A stretch of DNA of 63,535 nt, the filler included. It is 7 parts of 7 records of this genome, joined end to end, with 100 filler letters (N's around TTAATTAATTAA, not from the genome) between each part and the next. Parts side by side here need not be neighbours in the genome. Positions count along the whole stretch, not along the records: positions 1 to 30,192 come from SRR20825010_1996; 6 more parts are not named here. The stretch is one strand, 5' to 3'. Made by a program: the position numbers and the translations under genes. Positions 10,556-19,635 of the stretch are shown piece after piece; position 1 is the stretch's first letter; every line of letters begins with the position of its first letter. Below the pieces are notes generated by a model. That model was not told where the DNA came from. It ran no database searches and saw nothing but the letters and a program-made list of their open reading frames with translations.

Positions 10556-10587
10556 GCCCAGGGGCTGTCTTCGGACGCCCCCTGGGC
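10556..10587 (+). other. GC-rich intergenic stem-loop after tctC (likely mRNA stabiliser or partial terminator)
   Basis: GCCCAGGGG…GTC-TTCG-GAC…CCCCTGGGC with a cUUCGg tetraloop and no U-tract. Confidence 0.55.
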
Positions 10588-10602
10588 TGCTATTGATCAT
10601 CG

Positions 10603-11097
10603 ATGATGCTTCATAAAACGAAGGGATCGGGCGAGGCCCTGTTCTCGCTCATCCTGGTTCTGTTCAGTGCCGCCGCATTCTGGCAATCCTATGGTATCTC
10701 AGGTTTCGGCGGCCTGACGACAGCGGGCATGTTCCCCATGCTTGCCTCCGCGACCATGCTGGCTGCGGCATCCTTTGTCCTGTCCGGGGCTGTGCGGAGC
10801 TTGTCCGAAAGCGATACTGACGACAGGCCGGTGACGGCGCATGCCGGCCCGGTGTTCTCGCGCGAGCTGCTGATTATCGTCGCGATGGTCGCCGCCTATG
10901 TCGCCGCGATGCCCTATATCGGCTTCGTGCTGTCTTCGGCCCTGTTCCTGTTCGCGGCGTTCTCTTATCTCTGGCGCAAGGGTCTGTTTCTCTCGCTGCT
11001 GATCACGGGTGTTTCGATTGCCGTGATCTACGTTGTTTTTCGCCTTGGCTTCCAGGTTGTCCTGCCATCGGGCACGTGGCTGCGGGGAGTTTTCTGA
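10603..11097 (+). CDS. tctB: TTT small permease TctB
   Basis: Four to five TM segments, 'GMFP', 'PYIGFVLSS', C-terminal 'VFRLGFQVVLPSG'; lies between tctC and tctA. Confidence 0.88.
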   Translation: MMLHKTKGSGEALFSLILVLFSAAAFWQSYGISGFGGLTTAGMFPMLASATMLAAASFVLSGAVRSLSESDTDDRPVTAHAGPVFSRELLIIVAMVAAYVAAMPYIGFVLSSALFLFAAFSYLWRKGLFLSLLITGVSIAVIYVVFRLGFQVVLPSGTWLRGVF

Positions 11098-11098
11098 G

Positions 11099-12592
11099 AT
11101 GCCTGAGATACTTTCCAACTTGTCGATCTCATGGTTCGATCCCTGGCTGATGCTGCTGACGGCTGCGGGAACCATGGCGGGGATCTATGTCGGGGCGATC
11201 CCCGGCCTCTCCGTCACCATGGCAACCTCCATTCTGATTTCCTTCACTTTTAAATGGCCGGTGAATGATGCCCTGGCGCTGATTGCCGGTGTCTTTGTCG
11301 GCGGCGTTTATGGCGGCGCGCGCACGGCCATCCTGCTCAACATACCGGGCGCGCCGAGCGCAGTGGCAACGGCAATCGAGGGCTACCCGATGGCCCAGCG
11401 CGGAGAGGCCGGACAGGCGATCGGGCTGACGACGGTCATGTCTGTCATTGGCGGACTTGTGGGGATTTTGGCGCTTGCCATTTTCGCTCCGGCCATCGCG
11501 AACTTCGCCCTGATGTTCCAGTCACGGGATTATTTACTGCTGGGCCTGATCGGTATTTTGCTCGTCGGGGCCCTTTCCGGCGAAAGCTTTGCCAAAGGCG
11601 TTTTCGCGGGCGCTCTTGGCGTGCTGATCGGAATGGTCGGACTGGATCCGATGACGGCCGAGCAGAGGCTTACTTTTGGCTCGATACAGTTGATGGGCGG
11701 CATTCCCTATGTTGCCGCCATGATCGGCTTTTTCGGTGTGGCCGAAGCGCTGGTGCAGCTCCACAATCTCTCGTTGCCGCCGATCCGGCAGAAAATCGGC
11801 AGCGTTATTCCGGGGCTGGCCGACATACGGCGTTATCTCGGTCTCGCGCTGCGCTCCTCCGGCATCGGAACAATCATCGGCGCCCTGCCGGGAACCGGCG
11901 GCGATATCGCTGCATTGCTGGCCTATGATCACGCCAAGAGATCGACGAAGAAGCCGGAAGTTCCGTTCGGCAAGGGGGCTAAGGAAGGGCTGGTGGCGCC
12001 GGAGACCGCGAATAACGCGGCGGTCGGCGGCGCATTCATCCCGATGCTGACACTCGGTATTCCGGGGGATGCGGTGACCGCGGTCATTATCGGAGCGCTG
12101 TTCATTCACGGCCTCAAACCGGGACCGTTACTTCTGATCGAAACGCCGCACCTGTTCTGGTTCATCGTCGGCAATCTGACGCTGGCAAATCTGTTCTTGC
12201 TGATATTCGGGCTGAGCGGCATCCGGGTCTTCACCAAGATTGTCGAATGTCCAAAGGCGATCCTGATACCGCTGATCATCGTGCTCTCTGCGGTTGGCAC
12301 CTATGCCATCCAGAACAATCCGGTCCACATCACCTGGATGCTGGGTTTCGGTGTGGCCGGCTATTTCATGAAAATATTCGGCTTTCAGGTCGGCCCGGTG
12401 ATTCTGGGAGTGATCCTGGGGCCGATGCTGGACAGTAATTACCGGCGGGCGATGATTGGCGCGCGCCATGATATCGGCGAGTTCCTGTGGAACTTCGTCG
12501 CTCATCCGATATCGCTCGCATTGACCGTATCGTTTCTGCTGCTGCTGATTTCACAAACGCCTCTCTGGCAGCGCCGGGTGCGGAGCGGTTAG
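11099..12592 (+). CDS. tctA: TTT large permease TctA
   Basis: 'GAIPGLS', 'ILLNIPGAPSAVAT..EGYPMA', 'PETANNA', 'PMLTLGIPGD' TctA motifs. Confidence 0.94.
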   Translation: MPEILSNLSISWFDPWLMLLTAAGTMAGIYVGAIPGLSVTMATSILISFTFKWPVNDALALIAGVFVGGVYGGARTAILLNIPGAPSAVATAIEGYPMAQRGEAGQAIGLTTVMSVIGGLVGILALAIFAPAIANFALMFQSRDYLLLGLIGILLVGALSGESFAKGVFAGALGVLIGMVGLDPMTAEQRLTFGSIQLMGGIPYVAAMIGFFGVAEALVQLHNLSLPPIRQKIGSVIPGLADIRRYLGLALRSSGIGTIIGALPGTGGDIAALLAYDHAKRSTKKPEVPFGKGAKEGLVAPETANNAAVGGAFIPMLTLGIPGDAVTAVIIGALFIHGLKPGPLLLIETPHLFWFIVGNLTLANLFLLIFGLSGIRVFTKIVECPKAILIPLIIVLSAVGTYAIQNNPVHITWMLGFGVAGYFMKIFGFQVGPVILGVILGPMLDSNYRRAMIGARHDIGEFLWNFVAHPISLALTVSFLLLLISQTPLWQRRVRSG

Positions 12593-12616
12593 CCGGAGGG
12601 GTTGAGTAATCCCGGA

Positions 12617-12656
12617 TCTCCGCCGTGCCTGGGCTCTTCTCCCGGCACGGCGGAGA
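12617..12656. terminator. Hairpin between convergent tctA and aminotransferase genes
   Basis: TCTCCGCCGTGCC-N14-GGCACGGCGGAGA, a perfect 13-bp inverted repeat. Confidence 0.65.
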
Positions 12657-12670
12657 CGGTTTAGGCTGCT

Positions 12671-13612
12671 TTATTCGGCGGCCTTGGCGGCGCGCTCGCT
12701 ATAGACCGGCAGACGCCATTCGGGGTGGCTTTCCGTCTTGCCTTCACAGACATCGAAATAGGTCTGCTGCAGCTTTTTGGTGATCGGTCCGATACCGCCT
12801 TTGCCAACGGGGAGGCGATCGATGGACAGAATCGGGGTGACTTCCCAGGCGGTGCCGCAGAAGAAGGCTTCGTCGGCGGCCGCAAGCTCGCTGCGGTCGA
12901 TATCCCGCTCCACGATCTCGTAGCCGGCTTCGCGGGCAAGCTGCAGGGCGGTGTCCCGGGTGATGCTTTCCAGGATGTCGCTGGAGGTGTGCGGGGTGAT
13001 CACCTGATTGCCCCGGACCATGAAGAAGCACATGCCGGGACCTTCAGAGACCTTGCCGCGGCTGTTCAGGAAGAGGGCGGTATCATAGCCGTCGACCGTC
13101 GCCTGCACAGTGGCAAGCCGGCCGTTATTGTAGTTGGCGTTGCACTTGACCCGCATCGGCATGGCATTGTCGGGGATACGCATCCAGGAGCTGACCTGCA
13201 CGTTCACGCCGTTCAGCACATTTTCCGAGCGCGGCCGCTCCAACGCGGTGATGGCGAGGCCGACCGGCCCGCAAGCACCGGGGCCGCCCATGCCGGCGAC
13301 ATAACAGGATGTCATGATGTGCAGGTTGGTGCCCTTGAAGCCATTGGCCTGGATCAGCTCCAGGGTTTTCTGGGCAGCCAGATCCGCCGGGATGGCGCTG
13401 TCAAACCGCATGAAGCGCTGGGAGAAGTCCAGCCGGTCCATATGTTCGGCCATGCGGAACAGGTAGAAGTCTTCATCGTCCGCATTCCAGTAGGCACGCA
13501 GGCCCTCGAAGACCGTGGTGCCGAATTTGAAGGCCGCCGAGGCGACATGCACGGTCGCGTTTTCCCAGGCCACGATTTCGCCGTCAATGACGGCATATTT
13601 CGGCGTCGACAT
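12671..13612 (-). CDS. PLP-dependent fold-type IV aminotransferase (IlvE-like, specificity uncertain)
   Basis: 'VFEGLRAY', 'LFRMAEHMDRL', catalytic Lys in 'RVKCNANY', 'EGPGMCFF', 'ILESITR', 'DEAFFCGTAWEVTPI'. Confidence 0.88.
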   Translation of the reverse strand: MSTPKYAVIDGEIVAWENATVHVASAAFKFGTTVFEGLRAYWNADDEDFYLFRMAEHMDRLDFSQRFMRFDSAIPADLAAQKTLELIQANGFKGTNLHIMTSCYVAGMGGPGACGPVGLAITALERPRSENVLNGVNVQVSSWMRIPDNAMPMRVKCNANYNNGRLATVQATVDGYDTALFLNSRGKVSEGPGMCFFMVRGNQVITPHTSSDILESITRDTALQLAREAGYEIVERDIDRSELAAADEAFFCGTAWEVTPILSIDRLPVGKGGIGPITKKLQQTYFDVCEGKTESHPEWRLPVYSERAAKAAE

Positions 13613-13820
13613 AGCCGTTTTCCTTCCATCCTAAGCGCGAGGTGGGAAGCGGGCCTGCCAAGAGGCGCCATACGCCTATTGGTAGTCAGCTCCCATGAAT
13701 TGTTCTGGTGACAATCGGGCGTTTGTCGTCGTATTCGCCCGGTGCCATATTTCGAACCTAGAACGTTGTCGGGTCCGTCACAAGCGCCCACCGTTCTTCC
13801 GATACAAAGGGAATAGGCGA

Positions 13821-15053
13821 ATGTCAGGTGCCAGCGAAAGCCAGGATTACAACATGCGGCTTGCCTATATCGCGCTGCTCTGCGGCGGGATTATTGGCGC
13901 GCTTTCCTTCGGTATTCGATCCGGTTTCGGTGTTTTCCTGCCACCGATCACGGCAGAGCTTGGTGTCGGCCGTGAGATCTTTGCCTTCTCGCTCGCGCTG
14001 CAGAACCTGATCTGGGGCGCGACCCAGCCTTTCGCCGGCGCCATCGCGGATCGTTACGGACCGTTCCGGGCAATTTGTGGCGGTGCTATCGTCTATGCGG
14101 CCGGTACGGTCCTGATCGCCTTTTCCGCGACGCCGTCGATGCTGCACCTGAGCGCGGGCATCTTGGTCGGGGCTGGTCTCGCTGGTACTTCCTTCGGGAT
14201 TATCCTTGGAGCGGTCGGTCAGCTCTTCCCGCCTGAGCGGCGGTCCTGGGCGCTGGGCGTGACGGGGGCGTCCGGCTCTCTCGGGCAGTTCCTGCTGGTT
14301 CCAGTCACGGGTAGTCTTGTCGCCAGCTTCGGCTGGCAGGACGCGGCGTTGTTCATGGGGCTCGGCTCGTTGGTGATGGTGCCGTTGGCCATTGCCTTCT
14401 GGCCGGTGAAGGGCACCAAGGCGAACCCGCTTCCGTCCGGGCAGAGTCTCGGTCAGGCCCTGCGCGAGGCGTTTGGCTATAAAAGCTTCTGGTTTCTGAC
14501 CAGCGGGTTCTTTGTCTGCGGCTTCCAGGTTGCTTTCATTGCGGTCCATCTGCCGGCTTATGTGACCGATCTCGGGATGCCCGTCACAGTCGGCGCCAGC
14601 GCGCTGGCGCTGGTCGGTCTGTTCAATGTGGTCGGATCCTACAGCGCCGGTGTACTTGGTGGAAAGTTCTCGAAAAAATACCTCCTGAACATACTCTATC
14701 TCGCCCGGGCCGTGGTCATCGTGTTCCTGTTGCTGGTGCCGCCGAGTGAGCTGGTTATCTATGTCTTCGCGTCGGCCATGGGACTGCTCTGGCTCAGCAC
14801 GGTGCCGCTGACGTCAGGGTTGGTCGGGCAGATTTTCGGCATGCGTTATATGAGCATGTTGTTCGGCATCGTTTTCTTCAGCCATCAGATCGGCTCGTTC
14901 CTTGGTGTCTGGCTGGGGGGAATCGTGTTTGACCAGACAGGGTCCTACGACCTGATCTGGTATATGTCGATTGCTCTGGCGCTGTTTGCCGGCTTCATCC
15001 ACTGGCCGATCCGGGAGGAAGCCATCGTGCGGGCGACTGCACCGGCGGAATAA
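13821..15053 (+). CDS. MFS transporter
   Basis: 'GIRSGFGVF', 'QNLIWG..QPFAGAIADRYG', 'GFFVCGFQ', 'FFSHQIGSFLGVWLGG'. Confidence 0.9.
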   Translation: MSGASESQDYNMRLAYIALLCGGIIGALSFGIRSGFGVFLPPITAELGVGREIFAFSLALQNLIWGATQPFAGAIADRYGPFRAICGGAIVYAAGTVLIAFSATPSMLHLSAGILVGAGLAGTSFGIILGAVGQLFPPERRSWALGVTGASGSLGQFLLVPVTGSLVASFGWQDAALFMGLGSLVMVPLAIAFWPVKGTKANPLPSGQSLGQALREAFGYKSFWFLTSGFFVCGFQVAFIAVHLPAYVTDLGMPVTVGASALALVGLFNVVGSYSAGVLGGKFSKKYLLNILYLARAVVIVFLLLVPPSELVIYVFASAMGLLWLSTVPLTSGLVGQIFGMRYMSMLFGIVFFSHQIGSFLGVWLGGIVFDQTGSYDLIWYMSIALALFAGFIHWPIREEAIVRATAPAE

Positions 15054-15082
15054 GGCCGCCCAAGCTGCTTTAGTAGGGGAGG

Positions 15083-16474
15083 TTAGTAATCGCCCAGCAG
15101 CAGTTCGCCTTCAAGGCGCAGCCTGTTTGCCAGTTCAGGGCCGAGCAATAATTCGGTGAGTCGGACCTGGGTGAACAGCTGACGTTCTGCTTCTTCGGGG
15201 GCGAGGGCGGCGTAATCCCGCTTTTTGAGGGCGGCGAGCAGTTTTTTGGACTGCTCCGTTACGCTTTCCTCGAGCTCGGCCAGGCGCCGGTTTACGTCCC
15301 GGTCGAGACCGATTTCATTTGCGAACCTGCTGGCGATCTTCAGTGAGACGATCCGGTCTTCCAGGCCCTTCTGGGCGGTGACCTGATCCCTGGCGCTGTC
15401 GCTGCCGCCGATGCTGTTCATGTTGGCGTTGGTCAGGTTGTCCTGGGCTTCAAGCATTTCGCGGCGGACGAGATCGGCCATTTCGGTTTTTGTCCGTGCC
15501 ACCTGCCGGTTTTGTATGCGGGACCCGGTATTGCCAATGGCACTGGCGGCGCCAACAACCTCTTTTACGGAGGCTTCGGCCTGTAAGGCCATGTTTTTGC
15601 AGCTTGTGGACGCGTAGATTTTTTCCCCGAGTGTCCGGATCTTCTCTTCCGTCTGGCTGACGATGGCCTCGTTCGCAATGTTGGTCACCGCGGAGACATC
15701 GGCCAAAGTGCCCGCTTCCTCCACGCGCTGCATGATTTCGACGATCATCGCCGGATTACGCAGGCGGGCGAGGATAACAAATACAATGAACTCCGCATTG
15801 CTCGGCCTTTGCCGGTGCACGGTGTCCAGAGCGATGCGGATATGTTCAAGGTTGGCGTTGCTGACATGGCTCATGCCTACGGATGGCAGGGCCTTGCGCA
15901 GCTCCATGACCGGAACAGCGACTTCCAGCACGCCCAGGATCTCTTTGAGTGCCGCATAGATAAACGTGTCGCCCAGTTTGGTGATCAGAGCCTGCTTGGC
16001 TGCCTTGTCCTTTTCCGCCATATCGAGAACCCGGTGCAGCTGTCCCGACGCATAGCGCCAGAAGCCGGTACCGAGAATCATCAGCGCCTCTTCATTCTCC
16101 TTTTCGATCCCATCCAGGTCGTTCTGGTATCGCTGGATGCGGGCAGGTTCTGAATTTTCCAGCAGTAATTTGTAACAGGGAACGATAGCGCTGCGCGGTA
16201 TCCGGCCGACGGGTTTGCGCGGCTCGCCAGTGGTGTAAAGAAGATCCGAGAAAGGCTCGGCGAAAAGCCGGACCAGTGTTGCCTGCCGTTGCGGCTTCAG
16301 AATGGCGAGCCTGGGGCGGAGCTGGTCCAGGATCTTGCCGACGGCAGGCGCCTTGCTGGGATCCTGCGCGCGGCGTTCCAGCTTTGCCACCAGTTCGGTC
16401 AGATCTTCTTCCGGAATCTTGAAGAGCTGCCCCTCGAGATTACCGAGAGGAATGTCGTTTGAATCTGAACTCAT
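15083..16474 (-). CDS. Hypothetical protein, 463 aa, predicted all-helical/coiled-coil
   Basis: Long ORF with protein-like composition, 6 bp downstream of the 372-aa gene; no family recognised. Confidence 0.8.
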   Translation of the reverse strand: MSSDSNDIPLGNLEGQLFKIPEEDLTELVAKLERRAQDPSKAPAVGKILDQLRPRLAILKPQRQATLVRLFAEPFSDLLYTTGEPRKPVGRIPRSAIVPCYKLLLENSEPARIQRYQNDLDGIEKENEEALMILGTGFWRYASGQLHRVLDMAEKDKAAKQALITKLGDTFIYAALKEILGVLEVAVPVMELRKALPSVGMSHVSNANLEHIRIALDTVHRQRPSNAEFIVFVILARLRNPAMIVEIMQRVEEAGTLADVSAVTNIANEAIVSQTEEKIRTLGEKIYASTSCKNMALQAEASVKEVVGAASAIGNTGSRIQNRQVARTKTEMADLVRREMLEAQDNLTNANMNSIGGSDSARDQVTAQKGLEDRIVSLKIASRFANEIGLDRDVNRRLAELEESVTEQSKKLLAALKKRDYAALAPEEAERQLFTQVRLTELLLGPELANRLRLEGELLLGDY

Positions 16475-16480
16475 ACCTGT

Positions 16481-17599
16481 CTAACCGAGACTCCGTGTCA
16501 GGACCTGCTCCTGCCGTAACATTCTTTCAAGGGAGATGTCGCTTTGGCTCCTCTGTTCGTTCCGCGCGGCAAGCAGGCTGAGCCGCTTGGCGAATTCCAT
16601 CCAGCGAGGGTGGCTGTTCGGCGAGACTTCGTCACGGGGCATCAACGGTAATCCGGACAGGATTGTTCCAACGGTCTCAAGGCGCTGGTCATGATCCCCT
16701 CTCAGCGCATTTTCCCACATCGCGAAGATGACAGACCAGCCATCCTCCAGCCAGGGAATGCGTGCACTCAGCATCTCCAGAACTGTTTTGGCCTGTGCCC
16801 AGTTTTTGAGAGAGGATCGTGGGTCGTGTGCGTAGGCATCGGCATCCTGAAAGGCGTTATTCCAGTTCTGGAGCGTCTCTTCGAGGACATCGACAATAAG
16901 ATTTGCCGGATGATCTTCCGGAATTTCTCCGGTGCGCAGCCAATCGGCGAAGGATTTCTGAAAGTGGCCTGCTTCGTCCAGAACCCTGCGATAGCGTCCG
17001 CGCGGCCGGTGATCCAGAACGCCAAGTGCCTCGAGCAGGTCTCCCCATTCCGTGAGAATGCGGGAGAGAGTCATGGGATCGATGTTTTCCGTGCGGGCGA
17101 CACGTCCCAGCAGGTTTTGGACTTTATGCTGACCGGCTGGTGTGACCAGCTCGGCAAGGCCGATATCCAAGTCTGTATCCAGGAAGGATTTCACCAGATG
17201 CTGGGTCAGGGCAAGGCTGATCCGGATCTGGTCTTCCGTGATCTTGCTGCTTGACTGAATGGCGGCTTCTGCCGCGTCGTCCCCGGCCAGCCCCGTTGCC
17301 GTGGCGCCAAGTACGGCTTCCCTTACCGTATCCGGCGTGACGGTATCTATGGCATTTATATGTTCATGCAGAACCCGGTCAAACACCGTCAGCTTGAAAG
17401 TCTCTGGAACCGCGCTCCAGCCGATGACATAAACGCCGCGCCCGCCGGAAAGGCCGGAAATCACCAGTTCCAATCGCCCGCGTTCGCCATTTCGGACCCG
17501 CGCCATAGCCACGCTGGGCGTTGTAAAGGGCACGGCTACGCCGCGCTCTGCGAAATTAATGGGCCAGAAATGGGTCGCTGTCGTCGCGCCGTTCGCCAT
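16481..17599 (-). CDS. Hypothetical protein, 372 aa
   Basis: Long ORF; N-terminal 'FAERGVAVPFTTP…GGRGVYV' beta-rich segment followed by a helical body; no function recognised. Confidence 0.8.
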   Translation of the reverse strand: MANGATTATHFWPINFAERGVAVPFTTPSVAMARVRNGERGRLELVISGLSGGRGVYVIGWSAVPETFKLTVFDRVLHEHINAIDTVTPDTVREAVLGATATGLAGDDAAEAAIQSSSKITEDQIRISLALTQHLVKSFLDTDLDIGLAELVTPAGQHKVQNLLGRVARTENIDPMTLSRILTEWGDLLEALGVLDHRPRGRYRRVLDEAGHFQKSFADWLRTGEIPEDHPANLIVDVLEETLQNWNNAFQDADAYAHDPRSSLKNWAQAKTVLEMLSARIPWLEDGWSVIFAMWENALRGDHDQRLETVGTILSGLPLMPRDEVSPNSHPRWMEFAKRLSLLAARNEQRSQSDISLERMLRQEQVLTRSLG

Positions 17600-17721
17600 G
17601 CTTCTCTGCGGTTCCGTTACTCAGCCCATCGGTCGCACCCGAAGTGCGAGCGCTACTTTTGTCCGATATAAGTTTGATTTTCAATGAAACTTCTCGGCTT
17701 TTTTAAATAAAACCAAAGAGT

Positions 17722-18912
17722 TTACAGGTCTTCTGTGCCTTGCGACTTACTGCTCACCGTGGAATCGATATTGGTCAGCATATCATTGAGCTGTTCAAAC
17801 ATGAGGGCACCTCTGGTGCCTTCCCTCAGGCATCTCTCGAATATGTTGCGGGTGTGCATCAGAGCGGTGCAGCAATAGCCGAGGAGCCAATATCGATAGT
17901 GCGATGTGATCAGGAAATTTCGAAAGGCTACCGGGTCTCCATCATTGATGAATTTTTCATAACATGCGTCGAAATCTTTAAATATCTGGTTAATATTGGA
18001 GAGCAAGTTGAGCGTTTTTTTCAGCACCTGTTGTTTGAACATATTCTGTTGTTGAAGGAAGGCGCGGTGCTCACGATGGTCGATCGGTTTCGAGTTTTCC
18101 GACTTCAGCCAACGAATAACTTCGGCAATCAGAGGTTTGTTGATCTCAAATTGATACTGATAAAATGAAACGCCTTTCCAGGCGCTGAATACATTCGACA
18201 CTTCGCTGCTGTCGATCTTGAACGCCTGGATGAACAGGGCGGCTTCGGGAATGGTCGGATCCCAGATCGCATCAATGAAGCGTTGAGTCTTGGAGACTTC
18301 ATTGGCATCGGCGCCAAGAGCCTTGTTGACGATCGGCCGGACCTTGTTCCGGATCACTGACTTGATGTTGTCCTCTTCCCCGTCTTCCATCACCAGATAA
18401 TCCGGGCTGCATTTGATTTTGTTTCGTTCGAACGCTGTTTTCAGCAGGAACGGATCCAGTGAGGGGAGATCATCGATCATTTTAAGAAAGTTGAAATCGC
18501 TCTGCATTGCTTCGGTCATGCCGTCATGAGCGATGCCCACATAGCGCTGTAGCAGCGTCTCGGCGTCTTTCTGGCGCAGATAGACGGCATATCCACCCTC
18601 GCGGGGGGCTTCCTCGTCATTGGGGATATAAAGCGCGGTCTCGACCGGGCGATCGTTGGATAGGGAAGCGCTTTTGTCCGAAAAATTGAGCGAAGAGGAA
18701 TCGGATACCTCGACCTTGAAATTCGGGTACTTGAAAATGATGACGCGGTTGAGGCTGGGGATTTTGAACAGCGGCTCCTTGACGCTTTGATTCTGCGTCA
18801 GTCCGAGGATGTTCCAGGTAACACTGGGCGGGCCATAAAGGATCTGATCCAGGATGGGAGAAAGCTTGCGCTTTTTCTGCGGCTTTTTGTTCGTCTGGTC
18901 CTGCAAGAGCAT
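17722..18912 (-). CDS. Hypothetical protein, 396 aa
   Basis: Long AT-rich ORF with 'LPSLDPFLL' and 'WKGVSFYQY' motifs; RBS-like AAGGA upstream; no function recognised. Confidence 0.82.
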   Translation of the reverse strand: MLLQDQTNKKPQKKRKLSPILDQILYGPPSVTWNILGLTQNQSVKEPLFKIPSLNRVIIFKYPNFKVEVSDSSSLNFSDKSASLSNDRPVETALYIPNDEEAPREGGYAVYLRQKDAETLLQRYVGIAHDGMTEAMQSDFNFLKMIDDLPSLDPFLLKTAFERNKIKCSPDYLVMEDGEEDNIKSVIRNKVRPIVNKALGADANEVSKTQRFIDAIWDPTIPEAALFIQAFKIDSSEVSNVFSAWKGVSFYQYQFEINKPLIAEVIRWLKSENSKPIDHREHRAFLQQQNMFKQQVLKKTLNLLSNINQIFKDFDACYEKFINDGDPVAFRNFLITSHYRYWLLGYCCTALMHTRNIFERCLREGTRGALMFEQLNDMLTNIDSTVSSKSQGTEDL

Positions 18913-19038
18913 CGCGTATCCTTGGTGATCCTGGAGCCGTCAGCGGCTCCATCCGCCCGCTCTGATTGTGCCGGATCGTGCGGTCTGAATCCAGTTCCAG
19001 CAGCGCTTGAAGAGAGGGCAGCTTATCCAACCCCGCGT

Positions 19039-19635
19039 TTATTTTGAGGGGCCGCCCAGAATGCGAAAACGTTTGAGATAGGCCTGCTTAGCGGCTGTTG
19101 GCGAAGTCGGCTCGATCACGACATCAAGCCCGGCTTTCGGTTTCCCAAAAATTTTGTTCGCTTCGGTGAGAGAGAAGCCGGCAAGCTGGGTGGCTTCAAG
19201 ATAAGCGGCGATTTTGTCGGCACGTTTGATTTTCTTGACGATGTCGGCCGGTAAGGCGGCGGGGAGACCGAAGCGGAGATGGACCGCTTCTTCGAGCCGC
19301 TTCTCGACACTTTTGTAATCCGAGCCGATGATCGCCTTGAACGGTGTGATCATGTCGCCGATGACATACTCGGCCGCATCATGCAGCAGTGCCGCGAGAC
19401 GCCACTTCAGGGCAAGATCCGGATAGAGCCTGTACACGAGATTTTCCACCAGAATGGAATGCTCGGCGACGGAATAGGGCCAGCGGCCTTCTGTTTGCCC
19501 GTTCCAGCGCGCGACCCGGGAAAGGCCGTGGGCGATATCCTCGATTTCGACATCGAGGGGGGACGGGTCGAGAAGATCGAGCCTGCGCCCGCTCAGCATA
19601 CGCTGCCATGCGCGCGGCGGCGGTGTGGATTTCAC
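19039..19635 (-). CDS. HD-domain hydrolase, YfbR-like 5'-deoxynucleotidase family
   Basis: 'RWNGQT', 'YSVAEHS', 'LLHDAAEYVIGDMITPFK', 'KRADKIAAYLEA'; GTG start overlapping the upstream stop. Confidence 0.9.
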   Translation of the reverse strand: MKSTPPPRAWQRMLSGRRLDLLDPSPLDVEIEDIAHGLSRVARWNGQTEGRWPYSVAEHSILVENLVYRLYPDLALKWRLAALLHDAAEYVIGDMITPFKAIIGSDYKSVEKRLEEAVHLRFGLPAALPADIVKKIKRADKIAAYLEATQLAGFSLTEANKIFGKPKAGLDVVIEPTSPTAAKQAYLKRFRILGGPSK

